From: an uncultured Bacilli bacterium
GTDB lineage: Bacteria; Bacillota_I; Bacilli_A; RF39; UBA660
DNA: 28,771 nt
NCBI GenBank assembly: GCA_947589695.1
Contig: CANQBY010000001.1
Location: 1-28,771, forward strand
Reading direction: 5' to 3'
The position numbers were made by a program, and so were the translations under genes. Under the pieces are notes generated by a model. That model had not been told where the DNA came from. It saw only the letters and a list, made by a program, of their open reading frames with translations, and searched no databases. How positions within the stretch are numbered: position 1 is the first letter of the stretch; each line of letters starts with the position of its first letter. Shown here in pieces: positions 17,270 through 25,329 of this stretch.

Positions 17270-17290
17270 GGACCACAAACGGACCATAAA
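17270..17290 (+). repeat. Tandem GGACCA(C/T)AAA repeat, integrase arm-site-like
   Basis: GGACCACAAAC-GGACCATAAA at an 11-bp period, ~140 bp from the tRNA fragment. Confidence 0.5.
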
Positions 17291-17352
17291 AGACACTAGG
17301 ATTTTTTATGTTTGTAATATAACACTATAAATTATAATTTTTTTTACTCATT

Positions 17353-18567
17353 TTATATTAATAATTCATCCAGAATAAAAAAATCATAACCACTATTTTC
17401 TAATTTATCATATTTAATAATTTTTTCAGCAAATTCATCGCTTTCTTCAAAATTACACATTTTTGCTAAATAAAAAAATATACTTTTTAAACTTACGTTC
17501 ATGAAAAGATGTTTGTTAATAATTCCCATTCCTACAGGTATCCATTTTTTTGTTCTAGTATCTTCTAAATATATATATTTCTTTTTATTATTGGTTATAA
17601 TATTTAAATGATTTTTTTCCATATTTTTTTGTGGTCTTTTACTTAAATGGATTTTAAAATATGTAAACTCTGTAATAAATATATATGCATAGAAAAAACT
17701 GAAACCTATGTAAACATTTTTTTCATAAATATCTTCCAATATTTCATTATCTATTAATGGTTTTTCTTCTGTCAAAAATAATGGAGAATCTATGTTGTGT
17801 TTTAATGGAAAAGCAAGAAATGGCCATTTAACATCTTTCTTCATCATTAAAAAACATAAAGAATTTGGAATATAAAGTGTTTTATAATCTTTGTTTTTAA
17901 AAATTTTATATACATCATTGAAATTATAAAACTTAGTATTCATATTAATGTATTTTACATTTAAGCTTGTTTTATCTAATATGATATTATTAATTGGTGC
18001 AGCTGTATTATTGATTTTTCCTTTATAACTTTCAATTCTTTTTTGTTGATTATTTTTTCTTCTTTTTTGTTTTAATTCGCTTTCACTTAATTCATTATCA
18101 TTTAAATTATTTATTCTATCTACAATTTTTCCTTCACTAAAATCATAAAGTTCAATTTCATAATTATTTGTTATAATTATAGCATCAGCTCTTCTATTAG
18201 AAGATGGTAATAAATCTAATAGCAAAAAGGCTTTAAATTCTTCATTTTCAACTTTAGCAACAGCAATTTTATAATCTCTTTTTAAATTTTTTAGTTCTTC
18301 TTTTGTTAACAATCCCTTATGTTCATTTCCAACTAAAAGCCTAAAAGCAGCACCATCTCCATTTAAAAAACATAATATGAAGAAATTTGCAATTTTATTA
18401 GAGTTAAAATACTTTTCATTTTCACTCATAAATTCAAAATTTTCTATATATTCAAATTGCATATCTTGTAATAACTTAAATGTAAGAACTTGTGCAGTTT
18501 TTGAAATACTATCAGTTGGTATTAAAATATGGTTATTTCCGCTTAATTTAAAAATCAACTTATTCAT
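17353..18567 (-). CDS. Hypothetical protein, 404 aa, last gene of the island operon
   Basis: Long ORF with GAGG RBS, 7 bp after the upstream stop; no family recognised. Confidence 0.75.
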   Translation of the reverse strand: MNKLIFKLSGNNHILIPTDSISKTAQVLTFKLLQDMQFEYIENFEFMSENEKYFNSNKIANFFILCFLNGDGAAFRLLVGNEHKGLLTKEELKNLKRDYKIAVAKVENEEFKAFLLLDLLPSSNRRADAIIITNNYEIELYDFSEGKIVDRINNLNDNELSESELKQKRRKNNQQKRIESYKGKINNTAAPINNIILDKTSLNVKYINMNTKFYNFNDVYKIFKNKDYKTLYIPNSLCFLMMKKDVKWPFLAFPLKHNIDSPLFLTEEKPLIDNEILEDIYEKNVYIGFSFFYAYIFITEFTYFKIHLSKRPQKNMEKNHLNIITNNKKKYIYLEDTRTKKWIPVGMGIINKHLFMNVSLKSIFFYLAKMCNFEESDEFAEKIIKYDKLENSGYDFFILDELLI

Positions 18568-18574
18568 AATTACC

Positions 18575-19174
18575 TCAATTTTTTATATATTTATTTTTAA
18601 AATATGCTTTACCTAATTGCCAAATATATCTGTCTATATCTTTTAAATTAAAGCTATCTATATTGTAAAACTTTTTAAATTCTATTAAAATAGATTTAAA
18701 TTTTTGATAATCTTTTAAATCGGTTTTGGTAAAGTTTGCAAAATTATCTTTTTCTTTAAAATAAAGTAAAATTTTCTCAACATAACTATCATATATAGGA
18801 AAATTTGTTGGATCATGGTGGCTACAATATTTTGTTGAAAAAGAATAAAAGTTTTTTGTTGTTCCATTAATGGAAACATTTGCAATGTCATTTACTAATG
18901 TTTCATCTTTATTTTTTAATCTATTATCAATTTTTAAATTTAAAATATGCTTTGCTACTGGAAATATAGCAAATATATTTGTACTATAAAAATCATTTAG
19001 TGCACTAGCTTTAATTAAAATATCTTCGATATTTGTGTTGTTTGGATAAGTATTTAAAAATAATTTATTTAAGGCTTTTTCTTGAAGCACATAATTTTCT
19101 TTTGAATCCCAAAGTTTTAAATATTTTTCAACTTCTTCTGCAGAAGGCTTTGGTATATTTATTTTATTTTTCAT
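18575..19174 (-). CDS. Putative HhH-superfamily DNA glycosylase-like protein, 199 aa
   Basis: Start at ATG 19174 (TAATG overlap); LNDFYSTNI, YSFSTKYCSHH.P..FPIYDSYV and C-terminal KDIDRYIWQLGK motifs. Fold is inferred. Confidence 0.55.
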   Translation of the reverse strand: MKNKINIPKPSAEEVEKYLKLWDSKENYVLQEKALNKLFLNTYPNNTNIEDILIKASALNDFYSTNIFAIFPVAKHILNLKIDNRLKNKDETLVNDIANVSINGTTKNFYSFSTKYCSHHDPTNFPIYDSYVEKILLYFKEKDNFANFTKTDLKDYQKFKSILIEFKKFYNIDSFNLKDIDRYIWQLGKAYFKNKYIKN

Positions 19175-19611
19175 TATTCTAAAAAATCCCATCTATTTAA
19201 ATATTTATCGTCTTTATCATTAAAAACTCTTATGTCATTGTCATTATGTTTTTGACCTTTTAATCCTAAAGTATTTAACCAATTACTATGATCTTGTTTT
19301 ATAGTTTCAGCAACAATTTTACTTGGTATTATATGATATTCGGGTACTTCTAAATCATTTAATGATACCATAAAATAAATTATATTATCTTCAATTAATG
19401 TTTCATTTTTCTTTCCCAACGTCCATTGTTTCATTTTTAATCTTGTTGTTTTAACTTGTATAGCATATTGCTTAAAAGTAGTTCTATTTATAGCTAATAT
19501 ATCAAAATCTTTTGTATTAGACATTGGTACTGCTGCCGTAAACCCATGTCTTTCAAGTTCTCCTGCAACAAAATATTCTCCTGCATTTCCAACACTTATA
19601 TTATTATTCAT
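19174..19611 (-). CDS. PD-(D/E)XK restriction-endonuclease-fold protein, 145 aa
   Basis: Start at ATG 19611 after GAGG; GNAGEYFVAGEL...N...FDILA...IQVKT catalytic pattern. Confidence 0.8.
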   Translation of the reverse strand: MNNNISVGNAGEYFVAGELERHGFTAAVPMSNTKDFDILAINRTTFKQYAIQVKTTRLKMKQWTLGKKNETLIEDNIIYFMVSLNDLEVPEYHIIPSKIVAETIKQDHSNWLNTLGLKGQKHNDNDIRVFNDKDDKYLNRWDFLE

Positions 19612-19618
19612 TTTTACC

Positions 19619-21331
19619 TCACTTTCTGCATTTTGGACAACCTGTTCCATAATTGCGATTGTATATGGTAGCTTGCCATTCATATCCACATTTTGAACAT
19701 TTCCACCATACCTTTTTTCCACTTCCACAAGTAAAATCTTTTGGAGTTAATGGTGCATTTTTTTCTTTATTCCATTCTTTAACTAAATCTGGCCTTGTTT
19801 CATTTAGACTAGCTCCTTTATGCAAAGCATTATTTCTATTCATTTCTCCAATATGTTTGTGCATACATTCTTGACAATAGAGTGTTTTAGATCTAATTCT
19901 AGAACATATAGGCGCTATAAAAGATTTTTGACAATTAGAGCATTTCCACCATACTTTTTTTCTGCTTCTAAAATATATTTTTTCAGGACTTAAACCATTA
20001 TTTTTTTCATAATCCCAAGTTTTAGCTATTTTGGGAAATTTTGATTTTAGATTATTAGTTTCATTAATTATTTTACCTGAACAATAGGGACAACCAGTTC
20101 CAGTTACTCTATGATTTATAGTTGCTTGCCATTCGCTATGACATTTAGAACATTTCCACCATACTTTTTTATTTGAACCAATGAGAAAATTTTCAGGTTT
20201 TAATTCATTATTTTTTTCATCGTTCCATTCTTTTAATAATTCTGGATGATATATTGAAAAATTATTTTGTTTAACCGATTTTATATATTGGCTATATATA
20301 TTTGAGGCATCTTTTACAATATCTATATTTTTAATTTTTTTATTTAAAATTTCCTGTATGTGGAATAAAATAGTTTCAATATATTTATAATCTTTATCAA
20401 TAATACAATATATAATTTTTTTGCTTTTATTAAATTCATTTACATTAGATTCTTTTATGTGATAAAGGGTTATTCCATTATTACTTATAATTTTATTTTT
20501 AATTTTCTCTTTTTCTATACTTTTACTATTATCATGATAATATGAGCCATCATATTCAAAACCAATTTTATATTCTGGTAAATAAATGTCTATTTCTTGA
20601 TTATCTATTTTTTCTCTATTCTTAACGCAGGCAATGGCTGATAAATAATAGCATATAGCTTGTTCTGGAAATGATGTTCCGTTTTCCGAATAACAATGAG
20701 AGCAACCAGTTCCGGCTGTTCTATGGCTAATACTAGCTTGCCAGCTGTGTCCCAATTCGCATTTCCACCATACTTTTTTATTTGATTTTGCCATAAAATT
20801 TTCTGGTTTTAAATTTCCATTTTTTTCTTTATCCCATTCTTTTAATAACTCTGGATTAGTTGTTCTTAAATCATTTTCTCCAATAATGGGTTTTTGTTTT
20901 GTACAATATATACAATTTGAACCACTTGTTCTGTCATTAATTGTTGCTTGCCAACTATGCCCTTTATTACATATCCACCATACTTTTTTGCCACTTCCAC
21001 AAGTAACATCTTTTGGGGTTAATGGTGCATTTTTCTTTTCATCCCATTCAGCAACTAAATCTGGTCTATTTTCAAATAAACTTCCATTTTTTTCAATTAT
21101 TGTTTTAATACGATGGCTACTTATTTTTTTTAAAGAACATTTTGGACAACCAGTTCCTTTAAAACGGTTTTTGGGAGTGGCTTGCCATTCATTCCCACAT
21201 TTAACACATTTCCACCATATTTTTTTAGAACTTCCTATTGTTATTTTGTTTAAATCAAAATTTTCATTTTTTTTATAATTATACTCTTGCATTAAAATAT
21301 TGTTATTTATTAAGTATTTAATTTGTTTCAT
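19619..21331 (-). CDS. Multi-zinc-ribbon (DUF4379/treble-clef-like) protein with central Vsr/DUF559-like endonuclease domain, 570 aa
   Basis: Six repeats of KKVWWKC..(C/G)..WQA.I..R..G..CxxC; central SFPEQAI...EIDIYLPEYKIGFEYDGSYYH. Confidence 0.8.
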   Translation of the reverse strand: MKQIKYLINNNILMQEYNYKKNENFDLNKITIGSSKKIWWKCVKCGNEWQATPKNRFKGTGCPKCSLKKISSHRIKTIIEKNGSLFENRPDLVAEWDEKKNAPLTPKDVTCGSGKKVWWICNKGHSWQATINDRTSGSNCIYCTKQKPIIGENDLRTTNPELLKEWDKEKNGNLKPENFMAKSNKKVWWKCELGHSWQASISHRTAGTGCSHCYSENGTSFPEQAICYYLSAIACVKNREKIDNQEIDIYLPEYKIGFEYDGSYYHDNSKSIEKEKIKNKIISNNGITLYHIKESNVNEFNKSKKIIYCIIDKDYKYIETILFHIQEILNKKIKNIDIVKDASNIYSQYIKSVKQNNFSIYHPELLKEWNDEKNNELKPENFLIGSNKKVWWKCSKCHSEWQATINHRVTGTGCPYCSGKIINETNNLKSKFPKIAKTWDYEKNNGLSPEKIYFRSRKKVWWKCSNCQKSFIAPICSRIRSKTLYCQECMHKHIGEMNRNNALHKGASLNETRPDLVKEWNKEKNAPLTPKDFTCGSGKKVWWKCSKCGYEWQATIYNRNYGTGCPKCRK

Positions 21332-21677
21332 CTATATCACTTCTATTCTAAAAATTTGCTTCGTTATTAAAAATTGTGTTTCTATATTTATTATATCATG
21401 TTGATTATAGATAGTAAATTAACGAGGAGCAATTCATTGATTTATTTTAAAAAGGTAACATATTTTTCATTAGGTAAATAAAGGTTTTCTTTAAAAAAAG
21501 TAATACAAAATGTGCTAAATTTGTCAGTTTTTCGCAAGTGCGAAAAGATTTTTAGCACTATTTTTTTGCCAAAAATCCTTATAAATAAAGGCTTTTCATA
21601 AAAAATGGTGGCAACCCATATCCCGTTTAGAATTTAGAGGGTGTTTTTTTATTAATTTTTTGTTGTTTTTTTAGTGA

Positions 21678-22034
21678 TTAATGTTTGTGTTCAGTTACAC
21701 ATTCAAAATACATATCTTTAACGTCTTTATTAATTTTTCCCTGTAAGAAATCATAATGACTATCAAGTAATTTATTTATTAGTTCTTGATTAGTCATTTT
21801 TGATTTATCGGCATTTAAGTTAATGTGATTATTTTCTAGTAAACAAGTTAAAACAAAACTTGTTATTTCTATATTACTTAATTTTCTTATATAAATATTT
21901 TCAAGTTCTCTTTTTTCTACTTCTGATATTATTAATCCTTTACCTTTACTTTTTATTAATACACCACCATTATTTTTATTATTAAATACTACTAATTCCT
22001 CATTTTCTTTAAGTTTTAAATATTTTCTTTGCAT
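21678..22034 (-). CDS. Hypothetical protein, 118 aa
   Basis: GAGGAAG RBS and a consensus promoter upstream; divergent from the HTH gene. Confidence 0.7.
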   Translation of the reverse strand: MQRKYLKLKENEELVVFNNKNNGGVLIKSKGKGLIISEVEKRELENIYIRKLSNIEITSFVLTCLLENNHINLNADKSKMTNQELINKLLDSHYDFLQGKINKDVKDMYFECVTEHKH

Positions 22035-22058
22035 TAAGCTTCCTCTTTTCTATTGTTA

Positions 22059-22087
22059 ATTATACTGGCTATATAACCAATAGTCAA
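22059..22087 (-). promoter_or_regulatory. sigma-A promoter with a palindromic operator in the spacer
   Basis: TTGACT (22087-22082), 17 nt, TATAAT (22064-22059); TGGCTATATAACCA 22066-22079 is quasi-palindromic. Confidence 0.7.
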
Positions 22088-22137
22088 GTAGCATTTAAAA
22101 TTGATATGATTTTACTAACGAGAGAGGAAGTAAAATT

Positions 22138-22365
22138 ATGATTAAAGTTAATATTGAAAGTGGAACTTATTTATTTAAACTTGATGACTTATTAAATTCA
22201 AAAAATATTAGTATAAATAAATTAATGAGAGATACTAATACTGATTTTAAAGTTATTAAAAGAATTATGAGTGGTGAACTTACTAGAATAGATATAATTG
22301 TTTTAGCAAGATTATGTGATTATTTAAATTGCAAAATTACTGATATAGTAGATTATCAAAAATAA
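22138..22365 (+). CDS. Cro/C1-type HTH regulator (HTH_26-like), 75 aa
   Basis: FKLDDLLNSKNISINKLMRDT...RIDIIVLARLCDYLNCKITDIVDY. Confidence 0.85.
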   Translation: MIKVNIESGTYLFKLDDLLNSKNISINKLMRDTNTDFKVIKRIMSGELTRIDIIVLARLCDYLNCKITDIVDYQK

Positions 22366-22550
22366 AACGATAATCTATATAGTGAGAGATAAACCTAAAA
22401 TTACAGCATTTTATTAAACTAATTTTTAATAATTTAACAAAAAGTATTTTAAAATAGCAAAAATCATGATATTATTATAGCAATAAGTGATATTTATATC
22501 TCTTGTCTTGGAAGAGTTGTAGATAACTACTTCACTCGCTCAAACTTGAA

Positions 22551-22591
22551 AACAACTTACAAATTATTAAAAGTTTGTAAGTTGTTGTTTT
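22551..22591 (+). terminator. Strong hairpin/terminator
   Basis: AACAACTTACAAA 22551-22563 / TTTGTAAGTTGTT 22574-22586, a perfect 13-bp stem, then a T run. Confidence 0.65.
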
Positions 22592-23057
22592 ATATAAAAA
22601 TCAAGAATTTCTGATGCTTGCACTTTTAAGGGTGATGATATAATTTTGTTACTCTTTTTAATTTTTAATATTTTAAAAACAATTAAATTATTCATTATTA
22701 CAAAAATAAATGAGAGCTAATTTTTTCAGCCATCACCCTTTAATTATAAGAACCAAATTTGGAAAGAAGAAATTTTTATGTTAAATTTTAAAATTATAGA
22801 AGAAGTTATTCCAAACAAAGAAGTTATTAATACTTTAAATACTTCATCATCATTCAGTTAATAAATTTTTTTTAATAACTAAAAATATTAATATCTAGTT
22901 ATATAAATAATAATTTAACACGAAAGTATTAATTGAAGTATGATGAAATTCATCAATAAAATATGTTAGTACATTTTATATTTTAATTATTTTTAGTATT
23001 AGCAAGCACTGTAAATGTACTTCACATTTACGATTATTAGTAAATATTACAAAAAAT

Positions 23058-24944
23058 TTAATTTTCAAATAAATTTTCCTTAATTTTATTTTTCATTTTT
23101 TTAAATCTATTATCAAGAAAATTTAAATATGCTGATTTAAACTGTTCTTCATTAAGTTTTTCATCTAACCAAGCAAGGTCGCTTTTAATAGTAAAAGTGT
23201 ATCTATTTTCAATTTCTTCAATGCTTTTTATTTTGGCTAAATAATCACTATCTTGGTAAACAGTATTATCCTTTTTAGTTCGATTATCATATTCAGGTAA
23301 CAAACACAAGTTAGCAATTGAACTTATTGGTAGTCTAAATTCTTCGCTATAACTACTAATTTTAGATTTCATTAATGCTTTTGGAGCAAGATGTTCAATA
23401 TCATAATTAGAGTTATCATTTTGATCTGAAGCTTTAAATATATATGCATAAATTAAATTTAGCAAAATTTTTTCTGGCTCTTTAGGCATAGCAACTTGTT
23501 TTCTTTCATTTCTTTCACTATTCATTGAAGTGTAATAATTGTCCAATACTTTCTCAAAATCATTCCAACTAATTTCTCTATTATAATAATAATTTTCAAT
23601 AATGATATTATCTAATTTCTTATCTCCAGAGCCTTTCCATTTTTGACCTAATATATCCATTGCATATATTTTTAAAATATTTTTATCAAATATTTCTTTC
23701 ATATCTGCCCATTTCTTATTATTCGTTAAAAAATTAATAGTTAAATTTAAAACATCACCTTTTTCATTAGATTGAAAATCAGCATATTTATTTATAAAAA
23801 TAGTTGCAATTATTGATATAATTTGCATCTCTGTATGTAATGTTTTAATTCTTGAGTCGCTACGAGTGTTACCTTTAAATTTTGTTCCAACAGCTAATTT
23901 TTTGTCAACATAATCTATTGCTTCTATAATTTTTGAAAGAAATAATTCTACATTTTCTAAACCAATTAATTCTTTCAATTTAATATTCAGATTTTTTAAA
24001 TTAGAGCTTCTTTGTACTAAACAAGCATTTATGAGATTAAATCCAATACTTTCTACTTTTGTTTTTTCTTTTTCTTCGTAAGTGAATAAATACGGATATT
24101 TTTTACTAATCATTTTTCCAAAACCAAATACTAATTCAAAAATTGTAACTTCCCTATTTTTCATAAATTCAGTTGAATTATAATCATCTAGATCCATATT
24201 TTCATCAAGCATATTTTCATATCTATCTCTATTAATGCTTAAAATTTCATCAAATTTTTTATCTTTTATTTTAACTATATCTTGCCAAGCAGCAGAATAT
24301 ATCTGTTGTTTTGTCAATTTAGCCCCTTGTGAATTTATTCTTTCAAAAATTTCTGGAAGTAAACTTTCATCTCCTTCATATATTAATGCCGGAATAGATA
24401 CATCAGAAATCTGTTCGCAAATATTTTGAAATTCATTAAACATCGTTTTTATTAAATCTTTTATTTCTTTTTCTGTTTCTTTAGCAGTAGGCCATTCATT
24501 TATGATTTCGGCGACTAAATCTCCGTATTGCATTCTTTGAATATCCTTCATCGTTTTATGATTTTTTGTTACCCATTGCTTTATTATTTCAATAAGCTTT
24601 AACTTAATCGCATTTTTATCTCCTGTAACATTTAATTTATTTAATATCTTATTTATAATCTCTTCATCTAAATTTTCATCTGTAAAAAAGGCAGCCGGAT
24701 TTTTTACATATTCAATTATTGTAGTACTTCTTTGTAAGCCATCTATAATTTGCATATTATTATTCTTTTCATAAAGCAATATAGACCCAAAAGGATAACC
24801 TTTATACATTGAATCAATAAGTTGATCTTTTTGTTGTTTATTCCAAACTACACCTCTTTGATATTTTGGTACTGTAATTTTACCATTTTTTATGTCATTG
24901 CTTAATTTTTCCACACTTAAATTATCCATTTTCCATGTTCCCAT
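23058..24944 (-). CDS. DUF262-DUF1524 (GmrSD-type, fused) modification-dependent restriction protein, 628 aa
   Basis: VPKYQRGVVW, IIDGLQR, IFERINSQGAKL (DUF262); YDIEHLAPK...SIANLCLL..YDN (DUF1524/HNH); AGGAGG RBS. Confidence 0.88.
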   Translation of the reverse strand: MGTWKMDNLSVEKLSNDIKNGKITVPKYQRGVVWNKQQKDQLIDSMYKGYPFGSILLYEKNNNMQIIDGLQRSTTIIEYVKNPAAFFTDENLDEEIINKILNKLNVTGDKNAIKLKLIEIIKQWVTKNHKTMKDIQRMQYGDLVAEIINEWPTAKETEKEIKDLIKTMFNEFQNICEQISDVSIPALIYEGDESLLPEIFERINSQGAKLTKQQIYSAAWQDIVKIKDKKFDEILSINRDRYENMLDENMDLDDYNSTEFMKNREVTIFELVFGFGKMISKKYPYLFTYEEKEKTKVESIGFNLINACLVQRSSNLKNLNIKLKELIGLENVELFLSKIIEAIDYVDKKLAVGTKFKGNTRSDSRIKTLHTEMQIISIIATIFINKYADFQSNEKGDVLNLTINFLTNNKKWADMKEIFDKNILKIYAMDILGQKWKGSGDKKLDNIIIENYYYNREISWNDFEKVLDNYYTSMNSERNERKQVAMPKEPEKILLNLIYAYIFKASDQNDNSNYDIEHLAPKALMKSKISSYSEEFRLPISSIANLCLLPEYDNRTKKDNTVYQDSDYLAKIKSIEEIENRYTFTIKSDLAWLDEKLNEEQFKSAYLNFLDNRFKKMKNKIKENLFEN

Positions 24945-25105
24945 ACTTTTTACCTCCTTAAAAATTTATTAATAATTACAATATTAGTATAATATAAATT
25001 TTTAAAAAACTCTAGACAATTATTGAAAAATTTAATAAAAATGAAAGAGAAGTTCGTAAGTTGTAGCTTTATCGCTCAATTTATTTTGGTTTTTTCCCCC
25101 CTCTT

Positions 25106-25218
25106 TTTTTCGGGTTTTTTATTTATATTTTTGTTTTTACATAGCATTTAGGAAGGCGTCATACAAAGCCAAAGACATAAACGATAATATACACAGAATT
25201 GATTAGTTTTTATTAATA
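25106..25218 (+). repeat. Right copy of the direct repeat bounding the island
   Basis: Aligns to 16916-17039 with a few substitutions and one fewer 11-bp TACGTAGCAAT unit. Confidence 0.9.
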
Positions 25219-25329
25219 CTTTTAAAACAAAAACTATTAAGATTATTTTATAATTGTCTAAATAAAAGATTATCAATTTCATGTGATAATCTTACTTATA
25301 TTAATTGTAATTTGGATAATTAATCATCT

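Larger units (their letters stand above)
16916..25218. mobile_element. tRNA-Gly-associated genomic island of about 8.2 kb, integrase-free, defence-type cargo
   Basis: Direct repeats at both ends, adjacent tRNA, att-like relics, nuclease and restriction cargo. Confidence 0.7.

Noticed and set aside
19619-21331. CRISPR array or DGR TR/VR pair behind the DNA repeats in this gene
   Set aside because: The repeats are in-frame protein-domain duplications with differences not restricted to adenines.
22486-22536. Purine riboswitch or Cas12a repeat (GTTGTAGAT)
   Set aside because: Lacks the conserved J2/3 and L3 CC of purine riboswitches and has no downstream gene; the 9-nt Cas12a-like match is single-copy.
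22759-22786. dif-like site (TTATGTTAAAT, XerD arm)
   Set aside because: The XerC arm 6 bp upstream (TTGGAAAGAAG) does not fit; a likely chance match in AT-rich DNA.
22778-22861. 27-aa ORF MLNFKIIEEVIPNKEVINTLNTSSSFS
   Set aside because: Weak RBS and no recognisable motif; cannot be supported as a gene.
4742-24429. Small or antisense ORF-track entries (4742-4936, 6514-6711, 8004-8279, 9109-9390, 13085-13330, 13261-13833, 18377-18616, 19653-19874, 20886-21278, 24235-24429)
   Set aside because: All overlap well-supported genes on the opposite strand or frame, lack an RBS and show no family motifs; they are shadow ORFs.
25051-25100. Decayed tRNA-Gly 3' end before the right direct repeat (AGTTCG...GCTCAATT)
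   Set aside because: Similarity to 16874-16906 is too patchy to call by eye.
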